Positions 38,750 to 48,522 are shown, numbered from the whole stretch's first letter. The stretch: DNA of 63,926 bases, filler included, from an uncultured bacterium (GCA_964372275.1; 3 parts of 3 records of this genome joined end to end with filler, not necessarily neighbours in it); one strand, 5' to 3'. The notes: generated from the sequence alone by a model not told the origin. Program-made: numbers and translations.

Positions 38750-39768
38750 GCTGGCTGGGAAGCGGTTCGCCGACCGAGTGGGCGGTGTTCACCGCCGTCG
38801 TGGGGACGCTGCTGGTCCTCGACCTGTTCGTCGTGAACCGCGGCGGGAAGCCGATCGGCACGCGGCAGGCGTTGGTCCAGGCGGCGTGGGCGATCGGCAT
38901 CGCCATCCTGTTCGGGCTCTACATCTGGGCCGAACACGGCTCCTCGCAAGCCCTCCTCTACTACACCGGATTCCTGGTCGAGAAGGCGCTGTCGGTCGAC
39001 AACCTCTTCGTCTTCCTGGTGATCTTCTCGTATTTCGGGGCCCGTCCCGAGCACCAGCGGCGGGTCCTCTCGTGGGGGATCATCAGCGCCGTCGTCCTAC
39101 GCGGGTTGATGATCTTCGTCGGAGCGGCGCTCATCAACCGGTTCCATTGGATCCTCTACGTCTTCGGCGCGTTCCTGATCTACACCGCCTGGAAGCTCTT
39201 GACCCACGACGGGGCAGAGGTCCATCCGGAGAAGAACCCGGTGCTCCGGCTGCTGCGGCGCGTCCTGCCGATGTCGGACAAGTTCGACGACAACCACTTC
39301 TTCACCCGGATGAACGGAAAGCTGGCGGCGACGCCGCTGCTCGCCGTGCTCGCGGTGGTGGAGACGACCGACGTCATCTTCGCACTCGACTCGGTCCCGG
39401 CGATCTTCGCCATCACCACCGACACCTTCCTGGTCTACACCTCGAACATCTTCGCCATCCTGGGGCTGCGAGCGCTCTACTTCGCCCTGGCGGCGATGAT
39501 GGGCCGGTTCCGCTACCTGAACGTCGGTCTGTCCCTCGTGTTGGCGTTCATCGGATCCAAGATGCTCGCCGGCTACTGGCATCTCCACGTCCCGCCCGGA
39601 ATCTCGCTGGCGGTGGTGGTGCTGCTGCTTGGCGGCTCGATCGCCGTCTCCCTGCTCCGTCCCGCGCCCGCCGTACCCCCTCCGCCCCCCGGCCTCCCGG
39701 CGCCCGACCCGCCCGAGGGCACAGAATCGGGCACGGATGCGGTTCCGACGGCGAAGACGGGGGCCTGA
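38746..39768 (+). CDS. TerC/Alx family membrane protein
   Basis: EKALSVDNLFVF, QRRVLSWGI, DVIFALDSVPAIFAIT, TSNIFAILGLRALYF. Confidence 0.95.
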   Translation: MSWLGSGSPTEWAVFTAVVGTLLVLDLFVVNRGGKPIGTRQALVQAAWAIGIAILFGLYIWAEHGSSQALLYYTGFLVEKALSVDNLFVFLVIFSYFGARPEHQRRVLSWGIISAVVLRGLMIFVGAALINRFHWILYVFGAFLIYTAWKLLTHDGAEVHPEKNPVLRLLRRVLPMSDKFDDNHFFTRMNGKLAATPLLAVLAVVETTDVIFALDSVPAIFAITTDTFLVYTSNIFAILGLRALYFALAAMMGRFRYLNVGLSLVLAFIGSKMLAGYWHLHVPPGISLAVVVLLLGGSIAVSLLRPAPAVPPPPPGLPAPDPPEGTESGTDAVPTAKTGA

Positions 39769-39888
39769 ACCGCCCGCCGGTACCGTCGCCGTACCCGACG
39801 GCGACGGTCGCGGCGACGGCGCCTTCCGCGATTTCCGCGCGACCCGGTCGCATCTCCCATCCGCACCCGGTAGACTGCTCCGCGTTCC

Positions 39889-42012
39889 ATGACCTCCCGC
39901 GGCGACCTACGCTTCGCAACCGTCGACGGCGCGCCGGTTCCCGACGGCGCGATCGACGGCGAGCCCCTTTCGTCCCTGGACGTCTCCCGCGAGGTGGCGC
40001 GCCTGCAGGCGCTCTGGGACGAAGGCTCTCCGGGTGATCCCGCGCTTCGCCGGACGCTCTCGCTCCGGCTCGCGGCGCTGCGCGCGGCCTTTCGCGATCG
40101 CCCCGCCGACTTCTCGGCGGCCGACCTCGAGCTCCTGCGCGCGGTCGCCGACGCGATGCGCGCCCCGGCGCCGCCGAAGCGGCGCGCCGGAACCGACGCC
40201 GTCTCTCCGCTCGAGGTGTTGCGCGCCACCTTCGGCTACGACGCCTTCCGGCCCGGACAGAAGGAGATCATCGACGCGGTCCTCGCCGGACGCGACTGCA
40301 TCGGGGTGATGCCGACCGGCGCCGGAAAGTCGCTGACCTACCAGATCCCGGCGAGGGTGTTGGGGGGCGTGACGCTGGTCGTCTNNNNNNNNNNTCCCGA
40401 GCGGGGCGCCGCCATGGCCGCCTCTGCCGAGGCGCTGCTACGCGACCGGTTCGGGCTCGAGCGCTTCCGGCCCGGCCAGCGCGAGGTGATCGACGCGCTG
40501 CTCGGCCGCGGCGCCGCGCTGGCGGTGTTCCCAACCGGCGGCGGCAAGTCGCTCTGCTACCAGCTTCCAGCGCTGCTGCTCGACGGCGTGACGGTCGTCG
40601 TCTCGCCGCTGATCGCGCTGATGAAGGACCAGGTCGACGCGCTGTCGGAAGTGGGCATCCGCGCCACCTACCTGAACTCGAGCGTGGAGCCGGACGAGCG
40701 CCGCCGGCGCGTCGAGGCCTTGCGCACCGGCCAGTTCGAGCTCGTCTACGCCGCTCCGGAAGGGTTGGAGGCGTCGGTCGGAAGCGCCCTGCACGCCGTC
40801 GACCTGGCGCTGATCGCGGTCGACGAGGCCCACTGCATCAGCCAGTGGGGGCACGACTTTCGTCCCGCCTACCGCAACCTCGCGGGGTTGAAGGTCCGCT
40901 TCGGCGGGATTCCCGTGCTGGCGCTGACCGCCACCGCGACCCCCGCCGTCACCCAGGACATCCGCCAGCAACTGGCGATGGTCGAGCCGGCGCTCTTCCG
41001 CGGATCGTTCTTCCGCCCCAATCTCCACCTCCACGCCTACAAGAAGGGGGGCGACGCCGGGGGACCCGCCACCAAGGACGCGATCGTCCGGCTGGTCCGG
41101 GCGCGCGCGGGGCAGAGTGGAATCGTCTACTGCCTCTCGCGGCGGTCGGCGGAGTCGACCGCGGAGTACCTGCGCGCGCACGGCGTCCGCGCAGCCGCCT
41201 ACCACGCGGGGATGGAGTCGGCCGACCGCAACCGGGTGCAGGACGCCTTCCGGAACGACGACGTCGACGTGGTGGTCGCGACCGTCGCCTTCGGGATGGG
41301 GATCGACAAGTCGAACATCCGGTACGTCATCCACCGCGACATGCCGCGGTCGATCGAGGGGTACTACCAGGAGGTCGGCCGCGCCGGGCGGGACGGCGTG
41401 CGCAGCGACTGCGTGCTCTTCTACTCCTGGGCCGACGTGATCGGCTACGACCGCTTCGCCGACGACGCCGAGCCCGACGCGGCGGAACGGCAGCGGCGGC
41501 AGGTGCGCGAGATGTTCCGTTTCGCCGACAGCCCGCGCTGCCGGCACAAAGGGCTGGTCGCCTACCTCGGCGAGTCGATCGGACCGTGCGGCGCCTCCTG
41601 CGATGTCTGCCTGGCCGCGGACGTCATCGCAGACAGCCCTTCGCCGCTGCCGGCCCGCCGCGGCGGTCGCGCCGGCGGTGCCGACCGACCCCGGGCGGCG
41701 GGCGGGGCGGAGCCGCCGGCGAGCGCGCGCGCGCGTCGCGGCGAGGCGGAGCGTGGCGCCGGAACGCTCGACGGCGGCGGCGATCCGCTCGCCGACGGAG
41801 GGGAGCTGTTCCAAAAGCTCAAGGCGCTGCGCAAGCGGATCGCCGACGCCAAGGGTCTTCCCGCCTACATCGTCTTCAGCGATGCGGCGCTGATCGACAT
41901 GGTCCATCTCCGGCCGCGCAACGACGACGAGTTCCTGCTGGTGAACGGCGTCGGCCCGAAGAAGCTCGCCCAGTACGGCGCCGAGTTCCTGGCGCTGATC
42001 CGGGAGAGCTAA
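39889..42012 (+). CDS. recQ: ATP-dependent DNA helicase RecQ (5' part misassembled or chimeric around the N gap)
   Basis: PTGxGKS, DEAHCISQWGHDFRP, LTATAT, ATVAFGMGIDK, YYQEVGRAGRDG, C-terminal HRDC domain; motif 0/I occurs twice. Confidence 0.9.
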   Translation: MTSRGDLRFATVDGAPVPDGAIDGEPLSSLDVSREVARLQALWDEGSPGDPALRRTLSLRLAALRAAFRDRPADFSAADLELLRAVADAMRAPAPPKRRAGTDAVSPLEVLRATFGYDAFRPGQKEIIDAVLAGRDCIGVMPTGAGKSLTYQIPARVLGGVTLVVXXXXPERGAAMAASAEALLRDRFGLERFRPGQREVIDALLGRGAALAVFPTGGGKSLCYQLPALLLDGVTVVVSPLIALMKDQVDALSEVGIRATYLNSSVEPDERRRRVEALRTGQFELVYAAPEGLEASVGSALHAVDLALIAVDEAHCISQWGHDFRPAYRNLAGLKVRFGGIPVLALTATATPAVTQDIRQQLAMVEPALFRGSFFRPNLHLHAYKKGGDAGGPATKDAIVRLVRARAGQSGIVYCLSRRSAESTAEYLRAHGVRAAAYHAGMESADRNRVQDAFRNDDVDVVVATVAFGMGIDKSNIRYVIHRDMPRSIEGYYQEVGRAGRDGVRSDCVLFYSWADVIGYDRFADDAEPDAAERQRRQVREMFRFADSPRCRHKGLVAYLGESIGPCGASCDVCLAADVIADSPSPLPARRGGRAGGADRPRAAGGAEPPASARARRGEAERGAGTLDGGGDPLADGGELFQKLKALRKRIADAKGLPAYIVFSDAALIDMVHLRPRNDDEFLLVNGVGPKKLAQYGAEFLALIRES

Positions 42013-42026
42013 GGTATCCTCGCGGC

Positions 42027-42254
42027 ATGGCCAAACCCTGTCCCATCTCCAAGAGCCAGTTCCTCGAGAAGGCCGAGGCGGTGAAGGTCGCCCTCAACGG
42101 AAACGAGATGACGGCCGACAAGCGCGAGTTCAGCACCGGCTCGTTCGGCTGGTACATCAACGGCAAGACGACGATCACCGTCGACGGCAAACCGCTGAGC
42201 GTCCAGGTGGGGATCAACCTGACGGTCGTCGGCAGCAAAGAGGCGGAGCGTTAA
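42027..42254 (+). CDS. Conserved small hypothetical protein (75 aa)
   Basis: MAKPCPISKSQFL...REFSTGSFGWYINGK...VQVGINLTVVGSK; strongly GC3-biased codons. Confidence 0.85.
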   Translation: MAKPCPISKSQFLEKAEAVKVALNGNEMTADKREFSTGSFGWYINGKTTITVDGKPLSVQVGINLTVVGSKEAER

Positions 42255-42260
42255 TCCCCA

Positions 42261-42283
42261 CGGGGGACTCCCCCGAGCCCCCT
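42261..42283. repeat. REP-like palindrome, copy 1
   Basis: CGGGGGA-C-TCCCCCG followed by a C-run; the identical 15-mer is at 52404-52418. Confidence 0.6.
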
Positions 42284-42309
42284 GCGCTCGGGTGCCTGCC
42301 CCGAACCCC

Positions 42310-42489
42310 CTACGTTCCGGCGAAGGTCCGCGCCAGCCACTCCTGGTCGAGGGGCGACAGGTCGAACTTCAGCGCCGCTTCGTCGACGAGCTTGGAGAGG
42401 GGGACGTCGGGCCGCTCCTGGCGTTGCTCGCTCAGCCAGGCGACGGCGCGCCGCAAGAGCTCGCCACTGGGAAGGATCGTCTCGGCCAT
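42310..42489 (-). CDS. Small hypothetical protein (59 aa)
   Basis: MAETILPSGELLRRAVAWLSE...LVDEAALKFDLSPLDQEWL; resembles a short helical family I associate with Deltaproteobacteria. Confidence 0.8.
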   Translation of the reverse strand: MAETILPSGELLRRAVAWLSEQRQERPDVPLSKLVDEAALKFDLSPLDQEWLARTFAGT

Positions 42490-42531
42490 GACGGTTCCGG
42501 TATCCTTCGAATCCGCCGCTAGCGCAAGACC

Positions 42532-43041
42532 ATGATCGACTTCCGAGCCGTCTACGACCGCCTGCAACGCCTCCCCGCCGGGATCGGCACCCGTCTCTTC
42601 GAGTGGATCGCCTGGACGCAAGTCCCGCACGCCAAGCCCCTCGGCTTCCGCATCCTGGAGCTCTCCGAAACCCGCATCCGGATGTCGATGCCCGACAAGC
42701 GGAGCAACCGGAACCACCTGCGCTCGCTTCACGCGATGGCGCTCGCGCACCTCGCGGAGATCACCAGCGGCCTGCTCCTCCTCTACGCCGTGAGCCCGAA
42801 CGGCTACCGCACCATCCTCAAGCGGTACCAGATCGAGTACCTGGCGAAGGCGCGCGGCCGGATCGTGGCGCGCGCCACCCTCGTGCTTCCCAAGGGCTCC
42901 CTCGACAAGAAGGACGTCCCCGTCCCGGTCGAGCTGGTCGACGCGCAGGGGACGGTCGTCGCCCGCGCCCGTCCGGTCTGGCGCGTCGGGCGGACAGGGG
43001 CCCGGGGAGGCCCCGGGGGGAGCCCGAACGGGCGGACATGA
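42532..43041 (+). CDS. Hotdog-fold thioesterase-like protein (PaaI/DUF4442-like)
   Basis: NRNHLRSLHAMALAHLAE, IEYLAKARG. Confidence 0.85.
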   Translation: MIDFRAVYDRLQRLPAGIGTRLFEWIAWTQVPHAKPLGFRILELSETRIRMSMPDKRSNRNHLRSLHAMALAHLAEITSGLLLLYAVSPNGYRTILKRYQIEYLAKARGRIVARATLVLPKGSLDKKDVPVPVELVDAQGTVVARARPVWRVGRTGARGGPGGSPNGRT

Positions 43042-44054
43042 TCGGCGTCGACGCGGCGTATCTCGCCGTCGGTGGCGGGCTGTTGTGGTGGGGGGCGGAG
43101 ACGCTCGTCTCCGGGGCGTCCGGCGTGGCCCGCTCCTTTCGCGTCGGACCGCTGGCGATCGGGCTGACCGTCGTCGCCTACGGGACCTCGGCGCCGGAGG
43201 CGGTCGTCAGCTCCGCGGCGGCGCTCGACGGTCGAGGGCTGCTCGCCCTCGGAAACGTGGTCGGGTCGAACGTCGCCAACCTCGCGCTGATCCTGGGGGC
43301 GACGGCGCTGATCCGCCCACAGCCCGTCGACGGCGCCCTGGCGCGGGGAGAGCTGCCGGCGATGGCGATCGCCACGCTGCTCTTGCCGCTGCTGCTGCTC
43401 GACGGCCGTCTCGACCGCACCGAAGGGACGGTCCTCCTCGCCGCGAGCCTCGCCTTCACCGTCTGGACACTTCGACGGGCCCGGTCCGGGGTCCGGAGAG
43501 TTTCCGACGGAGCCCCGCGGGCGGAGCGTGCGGCCGTCGCCGACGGCGGCGCCCCGGCCGGCGCCGTCGACGGCGGCGAGATCGGGCCGGAGGCGGGCGC
43601 CCGGCATCTCGCCCGCTCGGCGGCCGGCGCGCTGCTCGGGCTCGCGCTGCTCGTCGCCGGGGGGAAGATCTTCCTGCACGGCGCGACGTCGCTCGCCTAC
43701 GCGCTGGGGATCAGCGAGCGCGTGGTCGGATTGACGATCGTCGCGATCGGAACCTCGCTCCCGGAGCTGGCCACGTCGCTCGTCGCGGCGTTCCGCGGGA
43801 AGAGCGGAATCGTCCTCGGAAACGTCGTCGGCTCGAACCTCTTCAACATCGCCTTCATCCTCGGGCTCGCGTCGATCCTGGCTCCGATCGACGGGAGCCT
43901 CTCCGAGATGCGGGTCGAGATCTGGGGGATGCTGGTGGTCACCGCGGTCGGGGTGTTCCTCCTCCGCCGCGCGCGCCTCCTCACCCGGGCGGAAGGGGCG
44001 CTGCTGGTCGCGATCTACGTCCTGTTCCTCACGGCCCTCACCGCCGACCTCTGA
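43038..44054 (+). CDS. Calcium/sodium antiporter (YrbG/CaCA family)
   Basis: Two alpha repeats: GTSAPE...GNVVGSNVAN and GTSLPEL...GNVVGSNLFN. Confidence 0.95.
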   Translation: MIGVDAAYLAVGGGLLWWGAETLVSGASGVARSFRVGPLAIGLTVVAYGTSAPEAVVSSAAALDGRGLLALGNVVGSNVANLALILGATALIRPQPVDGALARGELPAMAIATLLLPLLLLDGRLDRTEGTVLLAASLAFTVWTLRRARSGVRRVSDGAPRAERAAVADGGAPAGAVDGGEIGPEAGARHLARSAAGALLGLALLVAGGKIFLHGATSLAYALGISERVVGLTIVAIGTSLPELATSLVAAFRGKSGIVLGNVVGSNLFNIAFILGLASILAPIDGSLSEMRVEIWGMLVVTAVGVFLLRRARLLTRAEGALLVAIYVLFLTALTADL

Positions 44055-44090
44055 CCGGGATCCGGATCGTCCGCGGAGCCTCCCCGCCGG

Positions 44091-45086
44091 TCACTGCCCG
44101 ACGGCGGTGTAGTCCTGGTAGCCGATGGTGTAGCGGTCGCTGCGGGCGGTCACCACCACGTCGCCGGAACCGACGTAGGGGCTCTGCGCCGCCCCCTTCT
44201 CCGTCAGCCAGACGTCGACCGGCGGGATCTGCACCGCCGGATCCGCCGCCGACAGCCTCGCCAGCGTCTCGGCCGCCGGGTGACCGTAGTCGTTGTCATC
44301 GCCGAGCGAGATCACCGCCGCTTCGGGCCGAAGCGCGTTCAGCCAGGCCGCGTTGGTGGAGAAACGGCTGCCGTGGTGGTTCACGCGGAGCACGTCGACG
44401 TCCCCGACCAGGGGGGCGAGCGCGGTCTCGATGTCGGCGATGGTGGCGGTGTTCTTGCCACCGAGGTCCCCCCCGAGGAAGTATCGGAACGCCCCCCACT
44501 CGATCACGAACGCCGCCGACAGGTCGTTCGGCTCGGAGGCGGCGGTCGTCGTTCCGTCGATCAGCTCGCCGTTGACGGCGACGCAGACGGCGCGCGCGCC
44601 GCCCCCCAGGTCGAACTCCTGACCGGGCTCGAGCGTGCGGCGGCCGCCCGCCGACTCCTCGGCCGCCGCCCGGTATTGGTAGAAGGACTGGCTGGCATAG
44701 GTCGTACCGTTGTCCCAGACGCCGTGCAGCACCTCGACTTCGTCGAGGACGTCGTCCAATCCGCCAACGTGGTCGGCGTGCGGGTGGGTGGCGACGACCC
44801 AGTCGAGGTAGGCGAGTCGGCGGTCCTGCAGGAGATCGAGTACCCGCTCCCCCATCCCCTCGTAGCCGCCGTCGATCAGCAGTCGCCCCGTCGGCCCTTC
44901 GACCAGCGTCGCGTCTCCCTGACCGACGTCGATGTGGGTGATGACGAGCGACGGGATCTCGGGCACCCGGAAGGCCCGACCGTCCCACGCGCCGTCATCG
45001 GGCGAAACCTCGGACAGGAACGGCGCCGAGCACGCCGCAAGCGCGCCGCAGACTGCCACCCCGACGATCCGCCCGGACCTGCGCAT
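44091..45086 (-). CDS. ComEC/Rec2-type metallo-beta-lactamase-fold hydrolase, lipoprotein
   Basis: Lipobox LAAC; IDVGQGDA, LIDGG, THPHADHVGG, NDLS, GGD, HHGS, YGHP; no Competence membrane domain. Confidence 0.9.
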   Translation of the reverse strand: MRRSGRIVGVAVCGALAACSAPFLSEVSPDDGAWDGRAFRVPEIPSLVITHIDVGQGDATLVEGPTGRLLIDGGYEGMGERVLDLLQDRRLAYLDWVVATHPHADHVGGLDDVLDEVEVLHGVWDNGTTYASQSFYQYRAAAEESAGGRRTLEPGQEFDLGGGARAVCVAVNGELIDGTTTAASEPNDLSAAFVIEWGAFRYFLGGDLGGKNTATIADIETALAPLVGDVDVLRVNHHGSRFSTNAAWLNALRPEAAVISLGDDNDYGHPAAETLARLSAADPAVQIPPVDVWLTEKGAAQSPYVGSGDVVVTARSDRYTIGYQDYTAVGQ

Positions 45087-45100
45087 CGGGGCGGTACGAA

Positions 45101-45155
45101 AGCAGGTTGCGTGCCGCCCTGAGTAAATAGTTCCGCTAGGAAAATCAAACGCTTA
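45101..45155 (-). promoter_or_regulatory. Putative sigma-54 promoter with upstream IHF site
   Basis: Minus strand CGGCACG-CAAC-CTGCT at 45101-45116; AATCAA-ACGC-TTA at 45143-45155 matches the IHF consensus WATCAANNNNTTR. Confidence 0.65.
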
Positions 45156-45249
45156 GCGGATTTTCGGAGGCGCCATTGCCGCACTGCGCCAAGCCGTCGC
45201 GAGCCAACTTCGCGCACTTGTCCGAGGGACGAACCGGACGTGGATCGTC

Positions 45250-47451
45250 CTATCCGTCCTGCGCGGGGACCTGGATCGCCAGCGCCTTCACCAGGAACGC
45301 CCATCGGTCGGCCGCCTCCTCGATCACCTTCGCCGTCGGCTTGCCGGCGCCGTGACCGGCGCGCGTCTCGATGCGGATCATCACCGGCGCGTCGCCGCCT
45401 TGCGCCTCCTGGAGGGCGGCCGCGAACTTGAAGCTGTGCGACGGGACGACCCGGTCGTCGTGGTCGGCGGTGGTGATCAGCGTCGGCGGATAGCGCGTGC
45501 CCTTCTTCAGGTTGTGGAGCGGGGAGTAGGCGCGAAGCACCGGAAACATCTCGGGGTCGTCGGACGATCCGTAGTCGTCGACCCACGCCCAGCCGATCGT
45601 GAACTTGTGGAAGCGCAGCATGTCGAGCACGCCGACCGCCGGCAACGCCGCGCCGAACAGGTCGGGGCGCTGCGTGAGACAGGCCCCGACGAGCAACCCT
45701 CCGTTCGAGGCGCCTCCGATCCCGATCTTCCCGCTCGAGGTGTACCGGTTCGCGATCAGCCACTCCGCCGCGGCGATGAAGTCGTCGAAGACGTTCTGTT
45801 TCTTCTTCTTCGTCCCCGCCTGGTGCCACTCCTCGCCGTACTCGCCTCCGCCGCGCAGATTGGCCACGGCGTAGATCCCGCCCATCTCCATCCAGACCAG
45901 CGCGGACGGGCTGAACGCCGGCGTGATCGGATTGTTGAACCCGCCGTAGCCGTAGAGGTAGGTCGGATTCGAGCCGTCGAGCGCGAGCCCCTTGCGGTGG
46001 GTGAGGAACATCGGAACGGTCGTCCCGTCCTTGCTTTTGTAGAAGACCTGTCGAGTTTCGTACCCAGCCGGATCGAAATCGACCTTCGGGCTCTTGAAGA
46101 GGCTCCGCGCCCCCGTCCTGGCGTCGTAGCGGTAGACGGCCCCCGGTACGGTGAAGCTTCCGAAGGTGAAGAACGTTTCTGCCGAATCGCGCCGCCCGAC
46201 GAACCCCGCCGCGGTCCCGATCCCGGGCAGCTCCACCTCGCGCTCGATCTTTCCGCCGACCGTGTGGATCCGAACCAAGCTCTTCGCGTCCTTCAGGTAT
46301 TGGGCGACGAAGTACCCGCTCACCATCCCCGCTTGGTTCAGCGTCTCCGCCGTCTGCGGAACGATCTCGCGCCAGGGATCGGACTTCGCCCGTCCCGCCT
46401 TGCGGGTGTCGACCGCGACGATCCGCCCCCGAGGCGCATCGCGGTTGGTCTTGAAGTAGAAGACCGGCCCGTCGTTGCCGAGGAACGAGTACTCGGCGTC
46501 GAACGAATCGACGAGCGGGACGATCGGCGCTCCGCTCCCCGACCCCTTCCCCTTGAGCTCCCGATAGAAGACGAGGTTCTTGGCGTCGGTCCCCTTCCAG
46601 ACGGTCACGATCAGGTACCGGCCGTCTTCGGTCACGGTGCCGTCGAACCCCCACTCCTTCTGGTCCTTCCGTTCGTAGACGAGCTCGTCCTCGGACTGCG
46701 GCCGGCCGATGCGGTGGTAGTAGAGCTTCTGGAAATAGTTCGTCTCCTCGAGCGCGTCGCCGGCCTTCGGCTCGTCGTAGCGGCTGTAGAAGAACCCCTT
46801 GCCGTCGGCGGTGAACGACGCCCCGGAGAACTTCACCCAGCGCACCGAGTCGTCGAGGTCCTTGCCGGTCGCGATCTCCCGCACCTTCCATTCGTTCCAG
46901 TCGGAGCCCGCCGTCGCCAATCCGTAGGCGAGGAGCCTCCCATCGCGACTCACGGCGAGGCCGGCCAGCGCCACCGTCCCGTCGGCCGACAGCTTGTTCG
47001 GATCGAGCAGAACGGTCGGCGCGCCGTCGAGGCGGGTCGCCGTGTAGAGGACGCTTTGCGGTTGGAGCCCGTCGTTCTTGAACCAGAAGTACCGACCGCC
47101 CTCGCGCCACGGAGCGGTGTACTTCTCGTAGTCCCAGAGCCGGGTGAGCCGCTCGCGGATGCGCATCCGTTCGGGGATCGACTCCAGGAACTTGAAGGTG
47201 ACCTCGTTCTGCGCCCTCACCCAGGCCCGCGTCGGCTCGGAGTCGAGATCTTCCAGCCCGCGAAACGGATCGGCGATCTTGACGCCGTGGTAGTCGTCCA
47301 CCAAGTCCACTTTCGGGAAGGTGGGATAGACGAAGGCGGGGTTCGCCGATCGGGTCACCATCGAGGAGGCGGCGGGGGCCGGATGGGCGCACCCGGCGAG
47401 ACCGACGAGTGGAACGATAGCAGCAAGGAGAGACCGTGTCGTTTTCACCAC
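45250..47451 (-). CDS. Prolyl oligopeptidase (S9A), lipoprotein
   Basis: Lipobox LAGC; YGYGGF, NLRGGGEYGEEWH, GASNGG, DHDDRV, AGHGAG. Confidence 0.97.
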   Translation of the reverse strand: MVKTTRSLLAAIVPLVGLAGCAHPAPAASSMVTRSANPAFVYPTFPKVDLVDDYHGVKIADPFRGLEDLDSEPTRAWVRAQNEVTFKFLESIPERMRIRERLTRLWDYEKYTAPWREGGRYFWFKNDGLQPQSVLYTATRLDGAPTVLLDPNKLSADGTVALAGLAVSRDGRLLAYGLATAGSDWNEWKVREIATGKDLDDSVRWVKFSGASFTADGKGFFYSRYDEPKAGDALEETNYFQKLYYHRIGRPQSEDELVYERKDQKEWGFDGTVTEDGRYLIVTVWKGTDAKNLVFYRELKGKGSGSGAPIVPLVDSFDAEYSFLGNDGPVFYFKTNRDAPRGRIVAVDTRKAGRAKSDPWREIVPQTAETLNQAGMVSGYFVAQYLKDAKSLVRIHTVGGKIEREVELPGIGTAAGFVGRRDSAETFFTFGSFTVPGAVYRYDARTGARSLFKSPKVDFDPAGYETRQVFYKSKDGTTVPMFLTHRKGLALDGSNPTYLYGYGGFNNPITPAFSPSALVWMEMGGIYAVANLRGGGEYGEEWHQAGTKKKKQNVFDDFIAAAEWLIANRYTSSGKIGIGGASNGGLLVGACLTQRPDLFGAALPAVGVLDMLRFHKFTIGWAWVDDYGSSDDPEMFPVLRAYSPLHNLKKGTRYPPTLITTADHDDRVVPSHSFKFAAALQEAQGGDAPVMIRIETRAGHGAGKPTAKVIEEAADRWAFLVKALAIQVPAQDG

Positions 47452-47586
47452 GCCGCTCTACCACGGACCCGCGCGGTTGAAAACACGGCGGCCCGCCGTC
47501 TCCCGACCGATCGATGAAAAACACCGCGGCCCGCCGTCGCCGGCGAGCCGCGTGACTTCGTTCGATTGTCTCGGACCCTTCGCCCG

Positions 47587-48063
47587 TCAGCTGCCCGGGC
47601 AGGAGGAGCCGCTGGTCCAGGTGACGGTGTCGTTGGTGCCCGACGCCGCCGTCACGGTGCTCGACAGGTTGCTGCTGACCGTCGCCGTCGTCCAGGCGAT
47701 CCGGCCGTCGGTCCCCGCGTTGTAGGCGACAGCCGCGTTCCGGTTGACGATCACCTCAACGTCGTACGACTCCCCATCCATCAACACGTCGGCGATCGGC
47801 CCGATCGACCAGGTGCCGCCGGCCGCCACTGCCGCGGACGAGCCGCAGAACAGGACGGTCGTGCCGTCGAGCACCCGGGCGAGCGCGATCTTGCCGACGT
47901 AGTTGCCGGTGAATCCCGATCCCGACACCGCGAAGCTGTACATCGTCGCGCCGTCGTCGTCGTCGTCGTCGTCCGCCCCGTCGTCGTCGTCATCGCCGGT
48001 GCACGCCGTCGCGGCGATCACCAACGCCGACATCGCCAACGTCATTACCAGAAACTTTCGCAT
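47587..48063 (-). CDS. Lipoprotein with N-terminal poly-Asp tract
   Basis: MRKFLV...AATAC-TGDDDDDGADDDDDDDG followed by a small beta-rich domain; purine-rich Shine-Dalgarno; TTGAAA/CATAAT promoter-like boxes upstream. Confidence 0.85.
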   Translation of the reverse strand: MRKFLVMTLAMSALVIAATACTGDDDDDGADDDDDDDGATMYSFAVSGSGFTGNYVGKIALARVLDGTTVLFCGSSAAVAAGGTWSIGPIADVLMDGESYDVEVIVNRNAAVAYNAGTDGRIAWTTATVSSNLSSTVTAASGTNDTVTWTSGSSCPGS

Positions 48064-48180
48064 GTTTTCGGATGACCCCCCTCGTGCCCTGTCCGTCACC
48101 ATCGATTATGCGATGCGGCGATCACGATTTTCAAGGGGGTGAACGCGTGTGCCCGCGCACGCGTTCCGCCGTGCGCGGAG

Positions 48181-48420
48181 TCACACTTCGCGGCGGAAGC
48201 GGAGCCGGTTCACCAGCCGATCGACGATCACGAGCTTCGCCTCGCGCGTCCCGTCGATCGCCTCCTCGAGCATCCGATCGAGGAGGCGTTCGTCCGGATC
48301 GTGCGCGTCGTTCGCGCAAACGCCGGCCGGCAGCGGATCGGACGTCGTTTTCGCACCCGGTAGGACCCCTCCGGGGAGGGGCGTGGCGGAGGCGCCTTTT
48401 TTCGTGTCGTGGTCTTGCAT
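48181..48420 (-). CDS. Small hypothetical protein (79 aa)
   Basis: GGGAGAGAG upstream of the ATG; no recognisable motif. Confidence 0.5.
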   Translation of the reverse strand: MQDHDTKKGASATPLPGGVLPGAKTTSDPLPAGVCANDAHDPDERLLDRMLEEAIDGTREAKLVIVDRLVNRLRFRREV

Positions 48421-48522
48421 CTCTCTCCCGAATCGGCTCGGTCACCCGACCTCGGCGCTTAGTAAGCGATCGACGAAGGCGGAGTCAAGCGTGGCGAATC
48501 ACACCGGCGAACCCTGCGATCG

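Noticed and set aside
44091..45086. comEC competence gene
   Set aside because: Only the MBL domain with a lipobox is present; the membrane channel and OB domains are absent.
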